Of a stretch of 64,000 nucleotides of DNA, positions 45,183 through 59,420 are shown piece after piece (position 1 is the stretch's first letter; each line of letters begins with the position of its first letter). The stretch spans positions 480,001 to 544,000 of the forward strand of contig JAXHNB010000006.1 in assembly GCA_034520945.1 (NCBI GenBank), read 5' to 3'. Position numbers and translations under genes: made by a program. Below the pieces are notes generated by a model. That model was given only the letters and a program-made list of their open reading frames with translations. It made no database searches and had not been told where the DNA came from. The DNA comes from Trueperaceae bacterium (GTDB taxonomy: Bacteria > Deinococcota > Deinococci > Deinococcales > Trueperaceae).

Positions 45183-47921
45183 TCACCAGTCGACGCGCCA
45201 GCGGTGGACGCTGCGCAGCGCCGTGTCGTCCTGCGACGTCCAGCTGGTCGAGACGCCGAGATGCTCGCCGATCACGCGCACCACGTCGGGTCCGATCTCG
45301 AGGGTGGGCAGCACGTCCGCGAGCGTCACGGCCGGCCCTTCCTCTTCCTCCTCGTCGCCTTCGCGCGTCACGCGCAGCTGGAACGGCCCTTCGCCGCGGC
45401 CATTGAAGCTGCTGGCGGCCACCCACACCTCCGTGCCCGCGGCGGGCGCGCGGAAGCGAAGTTCGGAGCGGGAGGTGCCACCGGCGTCGTCGTTGGACGC
45501 CACCACGGTGGGGACCGAGGGATCCAGCAGGTACAGGTAGGTGTCCATCGTGTCGGAGGTCATTTCGACGGTGAGCACGTCGCCTTCCTGGAAGCCCTCC
45601 AGGCGGTAGGCGCGCGCGCCCCGGTCTTCGACGAGGGGCTCATTGCCGGCCAGTTGTCCGCCGATATCGCCCGGCACGCTCAGCGCCTCGGGCGAGAACT
45701 GCTCGGGATCGAACGGGCCCGTCGCGAAGCTGACGCTGGGGGCGTCGTCGACGATGCGGGTGGTGAGGGTGTAGGGCCCGCCGCCGGAGCTGAAGAAGCT
45801 GCTGGTGCCGATCCACACCTCGCCGCCGGGCGCCGTGAAGGTCAGTGCCGAGCGCGAGGTGTCGGGCGCGTCGTCGTTGCTGTCCACCACCCGGCCGCTA
45901 ACGGGGTCCAACAGGTAGAGGTAGGTGTCCAGGGGGTCCGAGGTCATCTCGATCTCGACCGGGTCGCCCGCCTCGATCCCTTCGAGGCGGAACAGCTGGA
46001 CCTCGCGGCTGGGCAGTTCCAACGTGGGAAGCGCGCCGCTGCCGAGCTCGTACTCGGCGCTCGACGGCACGGACAGCGGTTCCGGCGTGACGCCCGAGGC
46101 GTCGAAGTCGGGCGCCTCCACGGTCCGGGCCCTGTTGCCCTCCCCGAAGGACGGCACCTGCGCTGCGCCGCCTTCGTCCTCGGCCGCCTGGAGCCCGGCC
46201 GCGATCGCGAAGGCGACCGGCTGCGTGAACACGTCCATCGTGTCGGCCAGGCCGATCAGGTCGGCCCCGGGGCGCGCGTACGACCAGGAGGTCAGGTCCG
46301 CGGGCGCCTCGTCGCGGAGCTCGGTGTAGGCCTCGTCGGCGAACGCGTCCTGCTCGCGGCCGCCGGTGACGTCGATGACGGTCTTCATGGCGCGCGTGGG
46401 GGTCGCCAACACCAGCCGGTTGTTCACCACGCCGAGGGCGACGTCGGTGGTGGGGCCGAACTGCACGCGGCGGTAGGTGGTGCCCTGGTAGCTCTCCTCA
46501 CGCACCACGATCTGCTCGGCGAAGGCCGCGAAGTCCTCGTCCTCCACCAGCCCGGCGAGGTTGCGGACGGACGTCACCATGGCGTCGATGCCGCGTTCGG
46601 CGTCCTCTTGGGAGCGCACCGTGACGGCGGTCAGGCTGGCGGGCTGTTGCACCAGCCGACGCAGGTCGGGCGAGATCGCCTCCCAGCGCGCCGACTGCAT
46701 GTCCTCGCCGATCCAGTCCAGCAGCGCCGCGTCCAGGTCCACGCCCGCGGCCTGGGCGGCGGTGCGGAGGTCGGGGGGGACCGGGGCGCCGGCCTCCGCC
46801 AGGTCGGTCAGCCACCCGTCCACGTAGCGCACCCAACCGCGCAGCGGCAGCGACGTGCCGCTCACGGCCACGGCGCCGCGTGGCACCAGGAAGGGCCCCT
46901 GCGCGCGGCAGCCTTCGCAGCGCAGCAGCGCCGCCAGCGCGTCGTCGCCCCCGGCCGGATCGACGCTCAGCACGGCCTCCTGCGTGATGCCGTCGTCGGT
47001 CAGGGTGAACCGCAACGACAGCCCGCCGATGGTGCGAAGCGCAGCCAGGCCACGGTCGCGCATCAGGCCCGCCATCGGGGGGGCCTGGTCGCCGGAGGGA
47101 AGGAATCCTTCGGCCAGGTCGGCCACCGCCGCCGTGTCCAGCGTCATGCGCAGACCGCGCGCGCCGAAGTCGGCCAGGGCCGCGCCGGCGCCGCCGTCCG
47201 CGAAGGTGGGCTCGTCCGCGCCCTCCATCCGCCGGATCGCGCCGCGCACGGCGGCGGGGTCGTTGGCCAGCAGCAGCACGTCGCCGGCCAGGGCGGCGGC
47301 CACCGGCATCTGGCCGCCTTCGAGCACGACGATGTCGTGCCCACCCTGCTGCAGCGGCTCGCCCTCGGCGCACGAGGCCAGCGCGTCCACGAGCGCTTGC
47401 GCGGTGGCGCGCGCGCCCTCGGTGGGGCGCACCTGAAGCAGGGCGGCCGGCACCGGCCGCGCGCGGCTCAGGCCGACGCTCAGCAGCGCGTCGTCTGCGT
47501 CGTGCAGCGAGACGTCGGCCAGGGCGTCGCCGGCGGCGGGGCAGATCGAGGTCAGCGCCGACATCAGTTCATCGCCGCTGGGCAGCTGGCCGAGGCCGGG
47601 CATGCCGCCCAACATGCCGCGGAGGAAGAACGGAAGATCGGCGCCGAGGTCCTGCTCGCCCATCGCCGCGGTGAGCGCGTCGAGGCCGGCGCGGGCCCCC
47701 TCCCAGTCCAGGTCGGCCAGCGCGGTGCCGAGGTCGTCGACCGGGCTCCGTTGAGGACGCAGGCCCAGGGCGAAGACCGTGTCTGCCGGGGCGTGCGCGG
47801 CCAGCGGGCGCGCCTGCGCGGTGGCGTGCGGCGCGAGCGCCGCCAGGGCCAGGGCCAGAGCGAAGACGGCGGATGTCACCCATGTCGGGCGGGCGAGGAA
47901 CCGAAGAGCGGGAACGCGCAT
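45183..47921 (-). CDS. Large secreted protein with two tandem PPC-like domains
   Basis: AAGGAGG RBS; signal peptide ending ATA|Q; duplicated EMTSD..DTYLYLLDP....[14 protein letters not shown]. Confidence 0.8.
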   Translation of the reverse strand: MRVPALRFLARPTWVTSAVFALALALAALAPHATAQARPLAAHAPADTVFALGLRPQRSPVDDLGTALADLDWEGARAGLDALTAAMGEQDLGADLPFFLRGMLGGMPGLGQLPSGDELMSALTSICPAAGDALADVSLHDADDALLSVGLSRARPVPAALLQVRPTEGARATAQALVDALASCAEGEPLQQGGHDIVVLEGGQMPVAAALAGDVLLLANDPAAVRGAIRRMEGADEPTFADGGAGAALADFGARGLRMTLDTAAVADLAEGFLPSGDQAPPMAGLMRDRGLAALRTIGGLSLRFTLTDDGITQEAVLSVDPAGGDDALAALLRCEGCRAQGPFLVPRGAVAVSGTSLPLRGWVRYVDGWLTDLAEAGAPVPPDLRTAAQAAGVDLDAALLDWIGEDMQSARWEAISPDLRRLVQQPASLTAVTVRSQEDAERGIDAMVTSVRNLAGLVEDEDFAAFAEQIVVREESYQGTTYRRVQFGPTTDVALGVVNNRLVLATPTRAMKTVIDVTGGREQDAFADEAYTELRDEAPADLTSWSYARPGADLIGLADTMDVFTQPVAFAIAAGLQAAEDEGGAAQVPSFGEGNRARTVEAPDFDASGVTPEPLSVPSSAEYELGSGALPTLELPSREVQLFRLEGIEAGDPVEIEMTSDPLDTYLYLLDPVSGRVVDSNDDAPDTSRSALTFTAPGGEVWIGTSSFFSSGGGPYTLTTRIVDDAPSVSFATGPFDPEQFSPEALSVPGDIGGQLAGNEPLVEDRGARAYRLEGFQEGDVLTVEMTSDTMDTYLYLLDPSVPTVVASNDDAGGTSRSELRFRAPAAGTEVWVAASSFNGRGEGPFQLRVTREGDEEEEEGPAVTLADVLPTLEIGPDVVRVIGEHLGVSTSWTSQDDTALRSVHRWRVDW

Positions 47922-48055
47922 ACGTGCCTCCTTGCAACGATCGAAAGGACGGGGCGACCCAACGCGCACGTGGGTCGTGGTTAAGGACTGCCTGCGCGTA
48001 TTCAAGGAGTGTACCGTGCTGGGCCCGGGCGCACCAACCCCAGGCGGTTCGGCCC

Positions 48056-48769
48056 TCACGAGTCCTCGGGTTCCTCCAACACCGGCGCCAGGCCCAGGTG
48101 CAGCACGTAGCGTTGCGGGCCCGTCTTGCGCTGGTAGCGCGACAACAGTGCGAACATCTCCCGCTGCAGGGCCTTGGCGTCCTGGTGGTCCAGCTGCAGG
48201 TGGTCGCGCCAGGCGGACAGCGCGGCCGGCGCGTCCGGGTCGAGCGTGGTGACGTTGGCGTCGGGTTGCACCGCCATCTGGATCTGCAGGCGCCCGCGGG
48301 CGTCCCGGTAGATGCGGGTCCCCCAGGTGCCGAGGGCCTCGCTGCGGGCCCGCACCACGTTTCGGCGCAGCAGCCGCTCGTAGCCACGCTCGCGTTGCGC
48401 CAGCGCCTCTTCCGGGGTGGCGGCGGCGCTGGCCTCGAAGGGGACGAAGAACACGTCGGCCGTGGTGCGGTAGCGCTTGACGGGCCGGCCGCGCCGCGGC
48501 TCGAACGCCGCCACCTCCAGCAACCCCACCGTCACCGCGCGCTGCACGCGCTTGAGGACCGTGTTCGGCTTCTCGCCCAAGGCGGCGGCGGCCTCGGCCA
48601 CGGTGGCGGCGCGGCTCAGGAACGGTTCCAGATGCCGCAGGGTGCGGGGGTCCAGCAGCCACGCTGCCGCGGCCGGGTCGCGGATCACCCGGCGGCGGGT
48701 CGACGGGGCGTCGTTCGGATTCGCCGCGGCCTCGTCGGGCCCGGCTCCATGTGAATGCGAGCCTTTCAT
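48056..48769 (-). CDS. Winged-helix (ArsR-like) transcriptional regulator
   Basis: LEPFL...[22 protein letters not shown]....GLL......[10 protein letters not shown]. Confidence 0.78.
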   Translation of the reverse strand: MKGSHSHGAGPDEAAANPNDAPSTRRRVIRDPAAAAWLLDPRTLRHLEPFLSRAATVAEAAAALGEKPNTVLKRVQRAVTVGLLEVAAFEPRRGRPVKRYRTTADVFFVPFEASAAATPEEALAQRERGYERLLRRNVVRARSEALGTWGTRIYRDARGRLQIQMAVQPDANVTTLDPDAPAALSAWRDHLQLDHQDAKALQREMFALLSRYQRKTGPQRYVLHLGLAPVLEEPEDS

Positions 48770-48897
48770 GTCACCTAGAAGCGTACGACACTGAGGGTGT
48801 CGGCGGGCGCGTCGCCCGCCAGGGGGTCACCGGCTCCCGACGCGCACAGGGCGGACCCCGCCCCGCGCCCCGGCGCTGGGGACCGCAAGGAGGACCC

Positions 48898-51624
<2,727 letters not shown>

Positions 51625-51661
51625 GGTCCTCCCCGGCGGAGCCACCGTCCGTACCGACCCG

Positions 51662-51688
51662 CCCCGGCGCGCCCGCGCCGGGGTTTTT
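51662..51688 (+). terminator. Intrinsic terminator after acnA
   Basis: CCCCGGCGC-gccc-GCGCCGGGG followed by TTTTT. Confidence 0.85.
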
Positions 51689-51725
51689 CACGTCGCCGCT
51701 GGGCGCAGGGTCGTATGCTCTGCGT

Positions 51726-52145
51726 ATGCGGGACCTTCTCGTCTTCCTGGTGCTGGCCACGATCGCGTTCTTCGTCATCGGCGAGACGGTCGGTGTTCAG
51801 GTCGGCTTCGCGAGTCACACGCCGGTCTACGTCTACAAGCAGGACGGGGTCGCCAGCGCCGAGCGGCGCACGGTCACCCGCAGTGAACTGCCCATCGAGG
51901 TGCGCGGCCGGGTTCGAAACGGCACGGTGACCATCCGGGTCGTGTACCAGGATCCCGGCAGCTTTCAGGCCCGCCGAGAGGCCCGTCCCGAAGAGATCGT
52001 GTACGAGGAGAGCTTCCCTCAGGGCCGCATGGCGGCGTTGAACCGTACGTTCGACGAGGGCTCCGGCGTGTACCGCGTGGAACTGGTGTTCGAGGGCGCG
52101 ACGGGCCTGTTCCGCGTCGGCCTGCCCCGTTCGTCCGAGCTGTAG
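51726..52145 (+). CDS. Hypothetical membrane-anchored or exported beta-sandwich protein
   Basis: MRDLLVFLVLATIAFFVIGE hydrophobic start; ATG 6 nt after TATGCT; abuts the next gene. Confidence 0.72.
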   Translation: MRDLLVFLVLATIAFFVIGETVGVQVGFASHTPVYVYKQDGVASAERRTVTRSELPIEVRGRVRNGTVTIRVVYQDPGSFQARREARPEEIVYEESFPQGRMAALNRTFDEGSGVYRVELVFEGATGLFRVGLPRSSEL

Positions 52146-53288
52146 GTGCCGAACGTGATCACGGGTAGGTGGCGCCACGCGCTGCTCCTGGCGCTGGCGA
52201 TGGCGTGCGCCGGGTTGGCGCCGCAGGCGCTGGGCGCGCCCACCGTTCGGGTGTTGTTGGCCGAGGGGCTCGACGCCGTCGACGTCCGGGTGGACGGCGC
52301 CCACGAGGTGCGCAGCCCCCGCGGCCGGGCCCGAACCGATTTCGCGTTGGCGTGGCCGCTCCGGGCGGCCGACGGCGAGGTCGCCACCGCGGAGCGGCAC
52401 GCCGGCGCATGGGTGGAGCTCCACCCGGAGGCCGGCACGGTTCGCTTTGGCGGGCGGTCGTACCGGGGCGCGCTGCGGATCGAGGCGGCAGGCGGCGGGC
52501 TTCGGGTCGTGAACCTCGTCGGCCTCGAAGCCTACCTGCGCGGGGTGGTGCCCGCCGAGATGAAGGCGCTGTGGCCGGTGGAGGCGCTCAAGGCGCAGGC
52601 GGTGGCGGCGCGGAGCTACACCCTGGCCCAGCTGGACCCGGCGGCGCCGTGGGACGTGTGCGCCAGCGACGCCTGCCAGGTCTACAGCGGGATCCAGGCC
52701 GAGCACCCGCGCAGCGACCGCGCCGTGCGCGACACCGAAGGGATCGTGATCTCGTATGGCGGCGCGCCGGCGGTGGCGTACTACCACGCCGACTCCGGCG
52801 GCGTGGTGGCGTCCAGCGCCGAGGTGTGGGGGCGCGCGCTGCCGTACCTGGTGTCCCGCACCGACGTCGACGCCGCCAGTCCGCACCGCGGCTGGACGGT
52901 CACGCTCGAGCCCGCCGCCCTTGCCCGCGCCTTGGCCGAGGAGGGACGAACGGTCGGGACGCCGACCTCGCTCGCGGTGACGCGGCACGGGCCCTCACGG
53001 CGCGCCGCGGCGGCGGTGGTGACGGGCAGCGCGGGCAAGATCGTCCTCGACGGGAGGGTGCTCACCCGCGTCCTGCGCGCCGCGGGCCTCAGGTCGACGC
53101 AGATCGTGTCGCTGGGTGGGCTGCGCGTTCGCGGCGACGGCTGGGGGCACGGCGTCGGCATGAGCCAGTACGGCGCCCGGGCGCTGGCGCAGGCGGGCCA
53201 CGACTACGGCCAGATCCTGGCGTTCTACTACCCGGGGGTGGGCCTGCAGCGCCGCGTGTACCGCGCGGCCGACGCCACGTCGCCGTGA
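52146..53288 (+). CDS. SpoIID/LytB-domain lytic transglycosylase
   Basis: EAYLRGVVPAEM...EALKAQAVAARSY, CQVY, GWGHGVGMSQYGA, ILAFYYPG. Confidence 0.9.
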   Translation: MPNVITGRWRHALLLALAMACAGLAPQALGAPTVRVLLAEGLDAVDVRVDGAHEVRSPRGRARTDFALAWPLRAADGEVATAERHAGAWVELHPEAGTVRFGGRSYRGALRIEAAGGGLRVVNLVGLEAYLRGVVPAEMKALWPVEALKAQAVAARSYTLAQLDPAAPWDVCASDACQVYSGIQAEHPRSDRAVRDTEGIVISYGGAPAVAYYHADSGGVVASSAEVWGRALPYLVSRTDVDAASPHRGWTVTLEPAALARALAEEGRTVGTPTSLAVTRHGPSRRAAAAVVTGSAGKIVLDGRVLTRVLRAAGLRSTQIVSLGGLRVRGDGWGHGVGMSQYGARALAQAGHDYGQILAFYYPGVGLQRRVYRAADATSP

Positions 53289-53291
53289 GGG

Positions 53292-53609
53292 TCAGGGCGT
53301 GCGCCCGCGCGCCAGCCGGACCGCCTGCATGACCTCCTCGACGTCGGCGCGTCCCTCGCGAAGGTCGGCCTGGCAGCGCTCCAGGTAGCCGGCGAGGACG
53401 GCGTCGCCGGTCGCGTCCAGCGCGCTGCGCACGCCGGCCAGCAGCGTCAGGATCTCGTGGCAGGCGCGTTCCTCCTCGATCATGCGTTGCAGGCCGCGCA
53501 CCTGGCCCTCCAACCGCTTCAGGCGGTTCAGGATGCGCCGCTTCTCGGGCGCGTCCAGGTTCAGGCGGGGCGCGGCGTCCTCCTGTGGGGGCGCCTCGTC
53601 GCGGGTCAT
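53292..53609 (-). CDS. CsoR/RcnR/CstR-family repressor
   Basis: [25 protein letters not shown]...YLERC. Confidence 0.88.
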   Translation of the reverse strand: MTRDEAPPQEDAAPRLNLDAPEKRRILNRLKRLEGQVRGLQRMIEEERACHEILTLLAGVRSALDATGDAVLAGYLERCQADLREGRADVEEVMQAVRLARGRTP

Positions 53610-54088
53610 CGCGCGGTCCCGTGCGGCAGGCGGTCCTTGAGCACGCCGTAGGTCCAGGTGCCCGCCACGGCGCCCACCAGGACCACCAGGAAGGCGGGGA
53701 GCCCTGCGCCGATGAGCGCCAGGATCGGGCCCGGACAGGCACCCACCAACGCCCAGCCCAGGCCGAACGCCGTGCCGCCCAGCGCGTAGCGTGGCCACGT
53801 CCGGTCCTTGTCCGGCAAGTGAATCGGTTGCCCGTCGCGGGCGCGCGCCCCGAAGCGCCGCATCGCCCATACCGACAGGGCGGCCACCAGCACCGCGGCC
53901 CCGATGACGCCGTACATGTGGAAGCTCTGGAAGCGGAACATCTCCTGGATGCGGTACCACGAGGCGATCTCGCTACGGATGGCGACGAAGCCAAAGGCGG
54001 TCCCGGCCGCCAGGTAGGGGAGCAGGGTCACCGCCGAGGTTGCGGCGGCGCGTGGTGGGGTGGGGGACGTCGTACGTGCGGATTGCAT
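53606..54088 (-). CDS. YeeE/YedE-family sulfur transporter subunit
   Basis: [32 protein letters not shown]. Confidence 0.85.
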   Translation of the reverse strand: MQSARTTSPTPPRAAATSAVTLLPYLAAGTAFGFVAIRSEIASWYRIQEMFRFQSFHMYGVIGAAVLVAALSVWAMRRFGARARDGQPIHLPDKDRTWPRYALGGTAFGLGWALVGACPGPILALIGAGLPAFLVVLVGAVAGTWTYGVLKDRLPHGTAR

Positions 54089-54109
54089 GGCGGACCTCCG
54101 AAACAGGGG

Positions 54110-54665
<556 letters not shown>

Positions 54666-54673
<8 letters not shown>

Positions 54674-54682
54674 GGGGGGTAC
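54666..54682. promoter_or_regulatory. CsoR-family operator
   Basis: ATACCCATGGGGGGTAC (TACCC-N5-GGGTA with G-tract) overlapping the yeeE start codon and -10 box. Confidence 0.7.
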
Positions 54683-54745
54683 CCTACACGACCGGCGGCA
54701 GCGAGGCAAGGGACGGTGCGACGCCCCACCTGATACACTGCAGAC

Positions 54746-55060
54746 GTGGGTTCTGGTCGTGTCCCACAGGTGAATCATGTGCGCCATCTGGTCGTCATCA
54801 GCGTGGCGTCGTTCGGCCTGCCTCTGCTACAGCGGGCGGCCACCGACCTCGGCGGCCTGCGCACGCCCCCGCGGGTCGCGGCACTCCTGTTGGTGGCGTG
54901 CATTCTGGCCTCGATCCTGAACGCGCGCACCGGCCGCGGCCGACGCACGCCGTCCACGCCGCAGCCGCCGCCCGCGGAGACGCCGCCCGCGGAGACGCCT
55001 GCCTACGAGGCGCCCGCCCTGGAAGCCCCCTCTAGCGGAGGGACCCGTGCGGGCGTATAG
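54746..55060 (+). CDS. Hypothetical small membrane protein with Pro-rich tail
   Basis: TGaTACACT 6 nt before GTG; hydrophobic segment; in-frame 15-bp tandem repeat (PPAET x2). Confidence 0.45.
   Translation: MGSGRVPQVNHVRHLVVISVASFGLPLLQRAATDLGGLRTPPRVAALLLVACILASILNARTGRGRRTPSTPQPPPAETPPAETPAYEAPALEAPSSGGTRAGV
54966..55010 (+). repeat. 15-bp tandem repeat (2 exact + 1 degenerate copy)
   Basis: CGCCGCCCGCGGAGA twice, then CGCCTGCCTACGAGG. Confidence 0.7.
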
Positions 55061-55247
55061 GGGCATCGTCGATCGCGGCGTGGTCCGCCTCGAGGAGGGC
55101 GTCCGACTCCCCGAGGGGGCGGTGGTGACCGTCACCGTGAGCGAAGCCGAACTGATGCGCGCCGCGCTCCGCTCGGCGCTCAGACGAAACGCGCGCCGGC
55201 GAAGCCGCGCGCGCCCGCGGCCGACGCCCGTCGGCAGCGGCGCGTGA
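55047..55247 (+). CDS. Small DUF104/AF2212-like (swapped-hairpin) protein
   Basis: [29 protein letters not shown] pattern; GGAGG RBS; GTGA overlap with rsmI. Confidence 0.65.
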   Translation: MRAYRGIVDRGVVRLEEGVRLPEGAVVTVTVSEAELMRAALRSALRRNARRRSRARPRPTPVGSGA

Positions 55248-56095
55248 ACCGACTGGTCCTCGTCCCCACGCCGATCGGAAACCTGGACGACATCACCCTG
55301 CGGGCGCTCGACGTCCTCCGCGACGCCGAGGTGATCGCCGCGGAGGACACGCGCCGCAGCGGCGGGCTGCTGGCGCACCACGGCATCACCACCCCCCTGG
55401 TGCGCCTGGACGCGCACACGGCCCGGAGCCGCGGCCCCGCCATCCTGGCCAAGCACGAACGCGTCGCGTACGTCAGCGACGCCGGCTCGCCCGGGGTGAG
55501 CGACCCCGGCGCCGAACTGGTCCGGCTGGCGCTGGCGCAGGGCGCGCAGGTCGAAGCGCTCCCGGGCGCCACGGCGTTCGTGCCGGCCTTGGTGCTGTCG
55601 GGCCTGCCGGTCGCGCGCTTCACCTTCGAAGGGTTCCTCCCCCGCAAGGGGGGCGACCGCACCCGCCGCATGGGCCGCATCGCCCAGCGCGACCACCCCA
55701 CCGTCCTGTACGAGTCGCCGCACCGGCTGGCGGCGACACTGGACGACGCCGCGGGCGCATGCGGGGGCACGCGCGCGGCGAGCGTCAGCCGCGAACTCAC
55801 CAAGCGCTTCGAACAGACCGTCCGCGGCAGCCTGGCCGAACTGGCCGCCTGGGCCCACGCCCACCCCCCGCGCGGCGAGATCGTGGTCGTGATCGGCCCG
55901 AGCGAAGGCACGGACGTCGGCGTGGACGTGGACGCCAGCGAGGCGCGCCGCGACGCGGCCGACACCGCCGCGCGCCTCGCCTCGGCCGGCGTGCGGGGCC
56001 GCACCTTGGCCGACGCGTTGCGGGCGCTCGGCGTACCGCGCAACGAGGCGTACCGGGCAGCGCAGGAGGCGGACCGAAGCCCCGGCGCAGGCTGA
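55244..56095 (+). CDS. rsmI: 16S rRNA (cytidine1402-2'-O)-methyltransferase
   Basis: VPTPIGNLDDITLRA, AEDTR, SDAGSPGVSDPG, YESPHRL, RELTK. Confidence 0.95.
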   Translation: MNRLVLVPTPIGNLDDITLRALDVLRDAEVIAAEDTRRSGGLLAHHGITTPLVRLDAHTARSRGPAILAKHERVAYVSDAGSPGVSDPGAELVRLALAQGAQVEALPGATAFVPALVLSGLPVARFTFEGFLPRKGGDRTRRMGRIAQRDHPTVLYESPHRLAATLDDAAGACGGTRAASVSRELTKRFEQTVRGSLAELAAWAHAHPPRGEIVVVIGPSEGTDVGVDVDASEARRDAADTAARLASAGVRGRTLADALRALGVPRNEAYRAAQEADRSPGAG

Positions 56096-56250
56096 GCCCA
56101 CGCCGCGCCGGCCACGGTAGGCCGACGTGCCGTGCGGCACGCCCCGCCCTGCTATCCTCCGCGGGTGGCTGCAGCACGGCGGCTGGCGGGCACGCCCGCC
56201 GCGGCCGGCGGCACCCGTGAGCCGGCACCACTTCCAGGCGAGGAACCCTC

Positions 56251-59200
56251 ATGTCCGATCCGCACGTTCGAAACGCCGACGCACCCGCGGCCGACGCGGC
56301 CGGCGCCGCGCCCCCAAGCACGGGCGCCGCGTCCGTGGCGCCGCCGGTCCGCCTCTCAGGCCTTCCGCAGGTGGCCCGGCTGGCGCACTTCGCGCGGCAC
56401 GACGGCCCGGCCGTGCTGCTCACCACCGACGAGCGTCGCGACCGCTTCGGGGACGCCGGCCTGTTCGGGGTGGCGTGCTCGGTCGATCCCGACGTCGACG
56501 AATGGACCACGCGGGCCGACAAGGTGATCCTGAGCCTGCCGCACGCGCTGCGCCCCTTCCCGCGCCGGCCCGAGCAGTACCGCCTGTCGTTCGCGCTGGG
56601 CAGCGCCTACCCGCGCGACCAACTGCTGGACACGCTGGCGTCGTACGGCTACCCACGGGACGACGCCCCCGGCGTGCAGGTCCAGGGCGACGGCGTCAGC
56701 GTGCTGCTGTCGGACGATCCGGACGGGCCGCGCCTGCGGCTCGGGTTTTTCGGCGACGACCTGGACGAGATCCGCGTCGATGGCCGCGAAGCCGAGGCCT
56801 ACGTCCTCTCGCCGCGCCGCGACGCCCCGCTGTTCGACGAGGAGGGCGCCTGGGAGGCCCGCGTCCTCGAGGCGCTCCCCGGCACCGTGTTCCTGGACGT
56901 TCCCGAGCTGTACGCCGGCTCCGCCTCGGAGGCGGACGCCGCCTGGCTGTGGCAGCACCTGGGCGGGCGCGAGGTGGTGTCGTTCGGTCGCGATCCGCTG
57001 GAGCTCCCCACGGGAGACCCGCACTACGACCACGCTTCCGTACTACCGGGGCCGCTTGAGCGAGTTCGCGGCCGACGCCTCGGGCTGGCTCCGGGACGGC
57101 TACGCCGTCACCTTGGCCTTGCGCTTCGAGCGGACGGGACGCTACCTGTCCGAGCGGGTGCTGGATCAGTTGGAGGTGCGTTGGGGCAGCCGGGTGTCGG
57201 ACCGCGCCGGCACGCTGACGCTGGTGCTCGGCGGCCAGCTCGAGGGGGGCTACCGCAATGATGCGCGCCGCGAGATCGTCCTCACCGAGGAGCTGCTGTA
57301 CGGCCATCAGGGCGGCCGCAAGCTGCGGCGGCTGCCGGGCCGCTCGGTGCAGGATCCGAACGCGCTGAGCGTCGGCGACTACCTGATTCACCCCGACCAC
57401 GGCGTCGGCTCGTTCCAGGGCCTCGAGTCGCGCCAGGTCCTCGGCGTCGCGCGCGACTACCTGCGACTGCACTACGCGGGCGAGGGCAAGCTGTTCCTGC
57501 CGGTCGATCAGCTGCCGCTGTTGCGGCGCCACCCCGGCACCAGCGACGTGCCGCCCAAACTGTCGACGCTGGGCACCAACGAGTGGGCCCGCGCCAAGGA
57601 GCGCGCCCGCGTCAGCGCTCAGGAGCTGGCCGCCGAACTGATCAAGACCTACGCCAAGCGCCAGGTCAGCGAAGGCACCGCGCACCCGCCGCAGCCCGAG
57701 TGGAACCCGTTGATCGAGAAGAACTTCCCGTTCCAACTGACGCCGGACCAGGCCACCGCCGTGCGCGACGTGCTGGCCGACATGGAGAAGGACATCCCCA
57801 TGGACCGGCTGATCAGCGGCGACGTCGGGTTCGGCAAGACCGAGATCGCCATCCGCGCGGCCCTCCGGGCGGTGGCCAACGGGCACCAGGCCGCCATGCT
57901 GGTCCCCACCACCGTGCTCGCCAAGCAGCACTACGACACCTTCACCGAGCGGTTCGACGGCCTGCCGGTCGAGGTGGCGATCCTGTCGCGGTTCAGCCGC
58001 GAACGCGACGCCCGCGCCACCCTCCAGGGCCTGCGCGACGGCACCGTCGACATCGTGATCGGCACCCACCGGCTCCTCAACGAGGAGATCCGCTACCGCG
58101 ACCTGGGCGTGCTGATCGTGGACGAGGAGCACCGCTTCGGCGTGGCGCAGAAGGAGACCCTCAAGGCGTTGCGCGCCAATCTGGACGTGCTATCCCTGTC
58201 GGCGACGCCGATCCCCCGCACCCTCTACATGAGCCTGGTGGGCCTGCGCGACGTCAGCCAGATCATGACGCCGCCCGAGGGCCGCAAGCCGATTCAGACG
58301 GTGCTGCAACCCTACGACCCGATGGTGGTCCGCGAAGCCGTCCTGCACGAGCTGGAGCGGGGCGGCAAGACCTACTACATCCACGACCGCATCGGCTCGA
58401 TGGGCATGCGGGCGCACACGCTGCAGCAGCTGGTGCCCGAAGCCCGCATCGGCGTCGCGCACGGGCAGATGGACGCCGCCGAACTCGAAGAGGTCATGCT
58501 GGGCTTCGAGGAGGGCGCCTTCGACGTCCTCCTGGCGACCACCATCGTCGAGTCCGGCCTGGACATCAGCGGGGCCAACACGTTGATCATCGAACGGGCC
58601 GACCGGCTGGGCCTGGCCCAGCTGTACCAGCTGCGCGGCCGCGTCGGCCGGCGCGAGACCGAGGCGTGGGCGTACCTGCTGTACCCGGGACGGTTGACGG
58701 AACAGGCGCAACGCCGCCTGTACGCCATCGCCGAACTGAACGACCTGGGCTCCGGGCACCTGCTGGCGGAGAAGGACATGGAGATCCGCGGCGTCGGCAA
58801 CCTGCTGGGGCCCGAACAGCACGGCAACATCAGCGCCGTGTCGATGGAGGTGTACACCGAGCTGCTGGCCGAGGAGGTCGCCAAGCTCAAGGGCGAGCAG
58901 CAGGAGGAGGCGCGACCCCCCGTCGCGTTGGACCTGAACGTGGACGCCCGCCTCACGCCCGCCTACCTCCCCGACGATGACGAGCGCATCGCCACCTACG
59001 GCCGCCTGGCCGAAGCGTCGGGCCTGGCGGAGGTGAGCCGCATCGCGCGTGAGCTGCGCGAGGCGCGCGGCCCCTTCCCGCCGGAGGTATCGGCCTTCCT
59101 GGAGCTGGTCAAGCTGCGGCTGGTGGCATCGTCCAAGGGGGTCGCCTCCATCGCGGAGCACATGACCGACGTGCAGGTGTCGTTCCACGCCGCCTTCGAC

Positions 59201-59350
59201 CAGCTGGACTACGACCCGCGCAAGCTGCGCGAGCTGCCGTTCAAGGTCGAGGCGACGCGCTACCCGCCCGGCTTCTCGGTCCGCAAGCGGGAGCTGTCCT
59301 CGTCCGATCTGCCCAAGGCGTTGCAGCGGTTGTTGTACCTGGTGGGGTAG
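56251..59350 (+). pseudogene. mfd: Transcription-repair coupling factor, split by a +1 frameshift near 57030 (sequence error or real lesion)
   Basis: The 3' frame has the CarD-like RID (HPDHGVG), [29 protein letters not shown] and TRCF domain; the 5' part is in another frame. Confidence 0.85.
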
Positions 59351-59420
59351 GGCCGGCACGCCGGGGCGCCCGCCGCGGGCCCGGTCGCGGCGTCACCGTT
59401 CGGCGCCACGCGGCATGCAA

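Noticed and set aside
48752..48768. TGAA-N9-TTCA over the start of the wHTH gene as an autoregulatory site
   Set aside because: Only 4-bp arms and no second copy found in the window.
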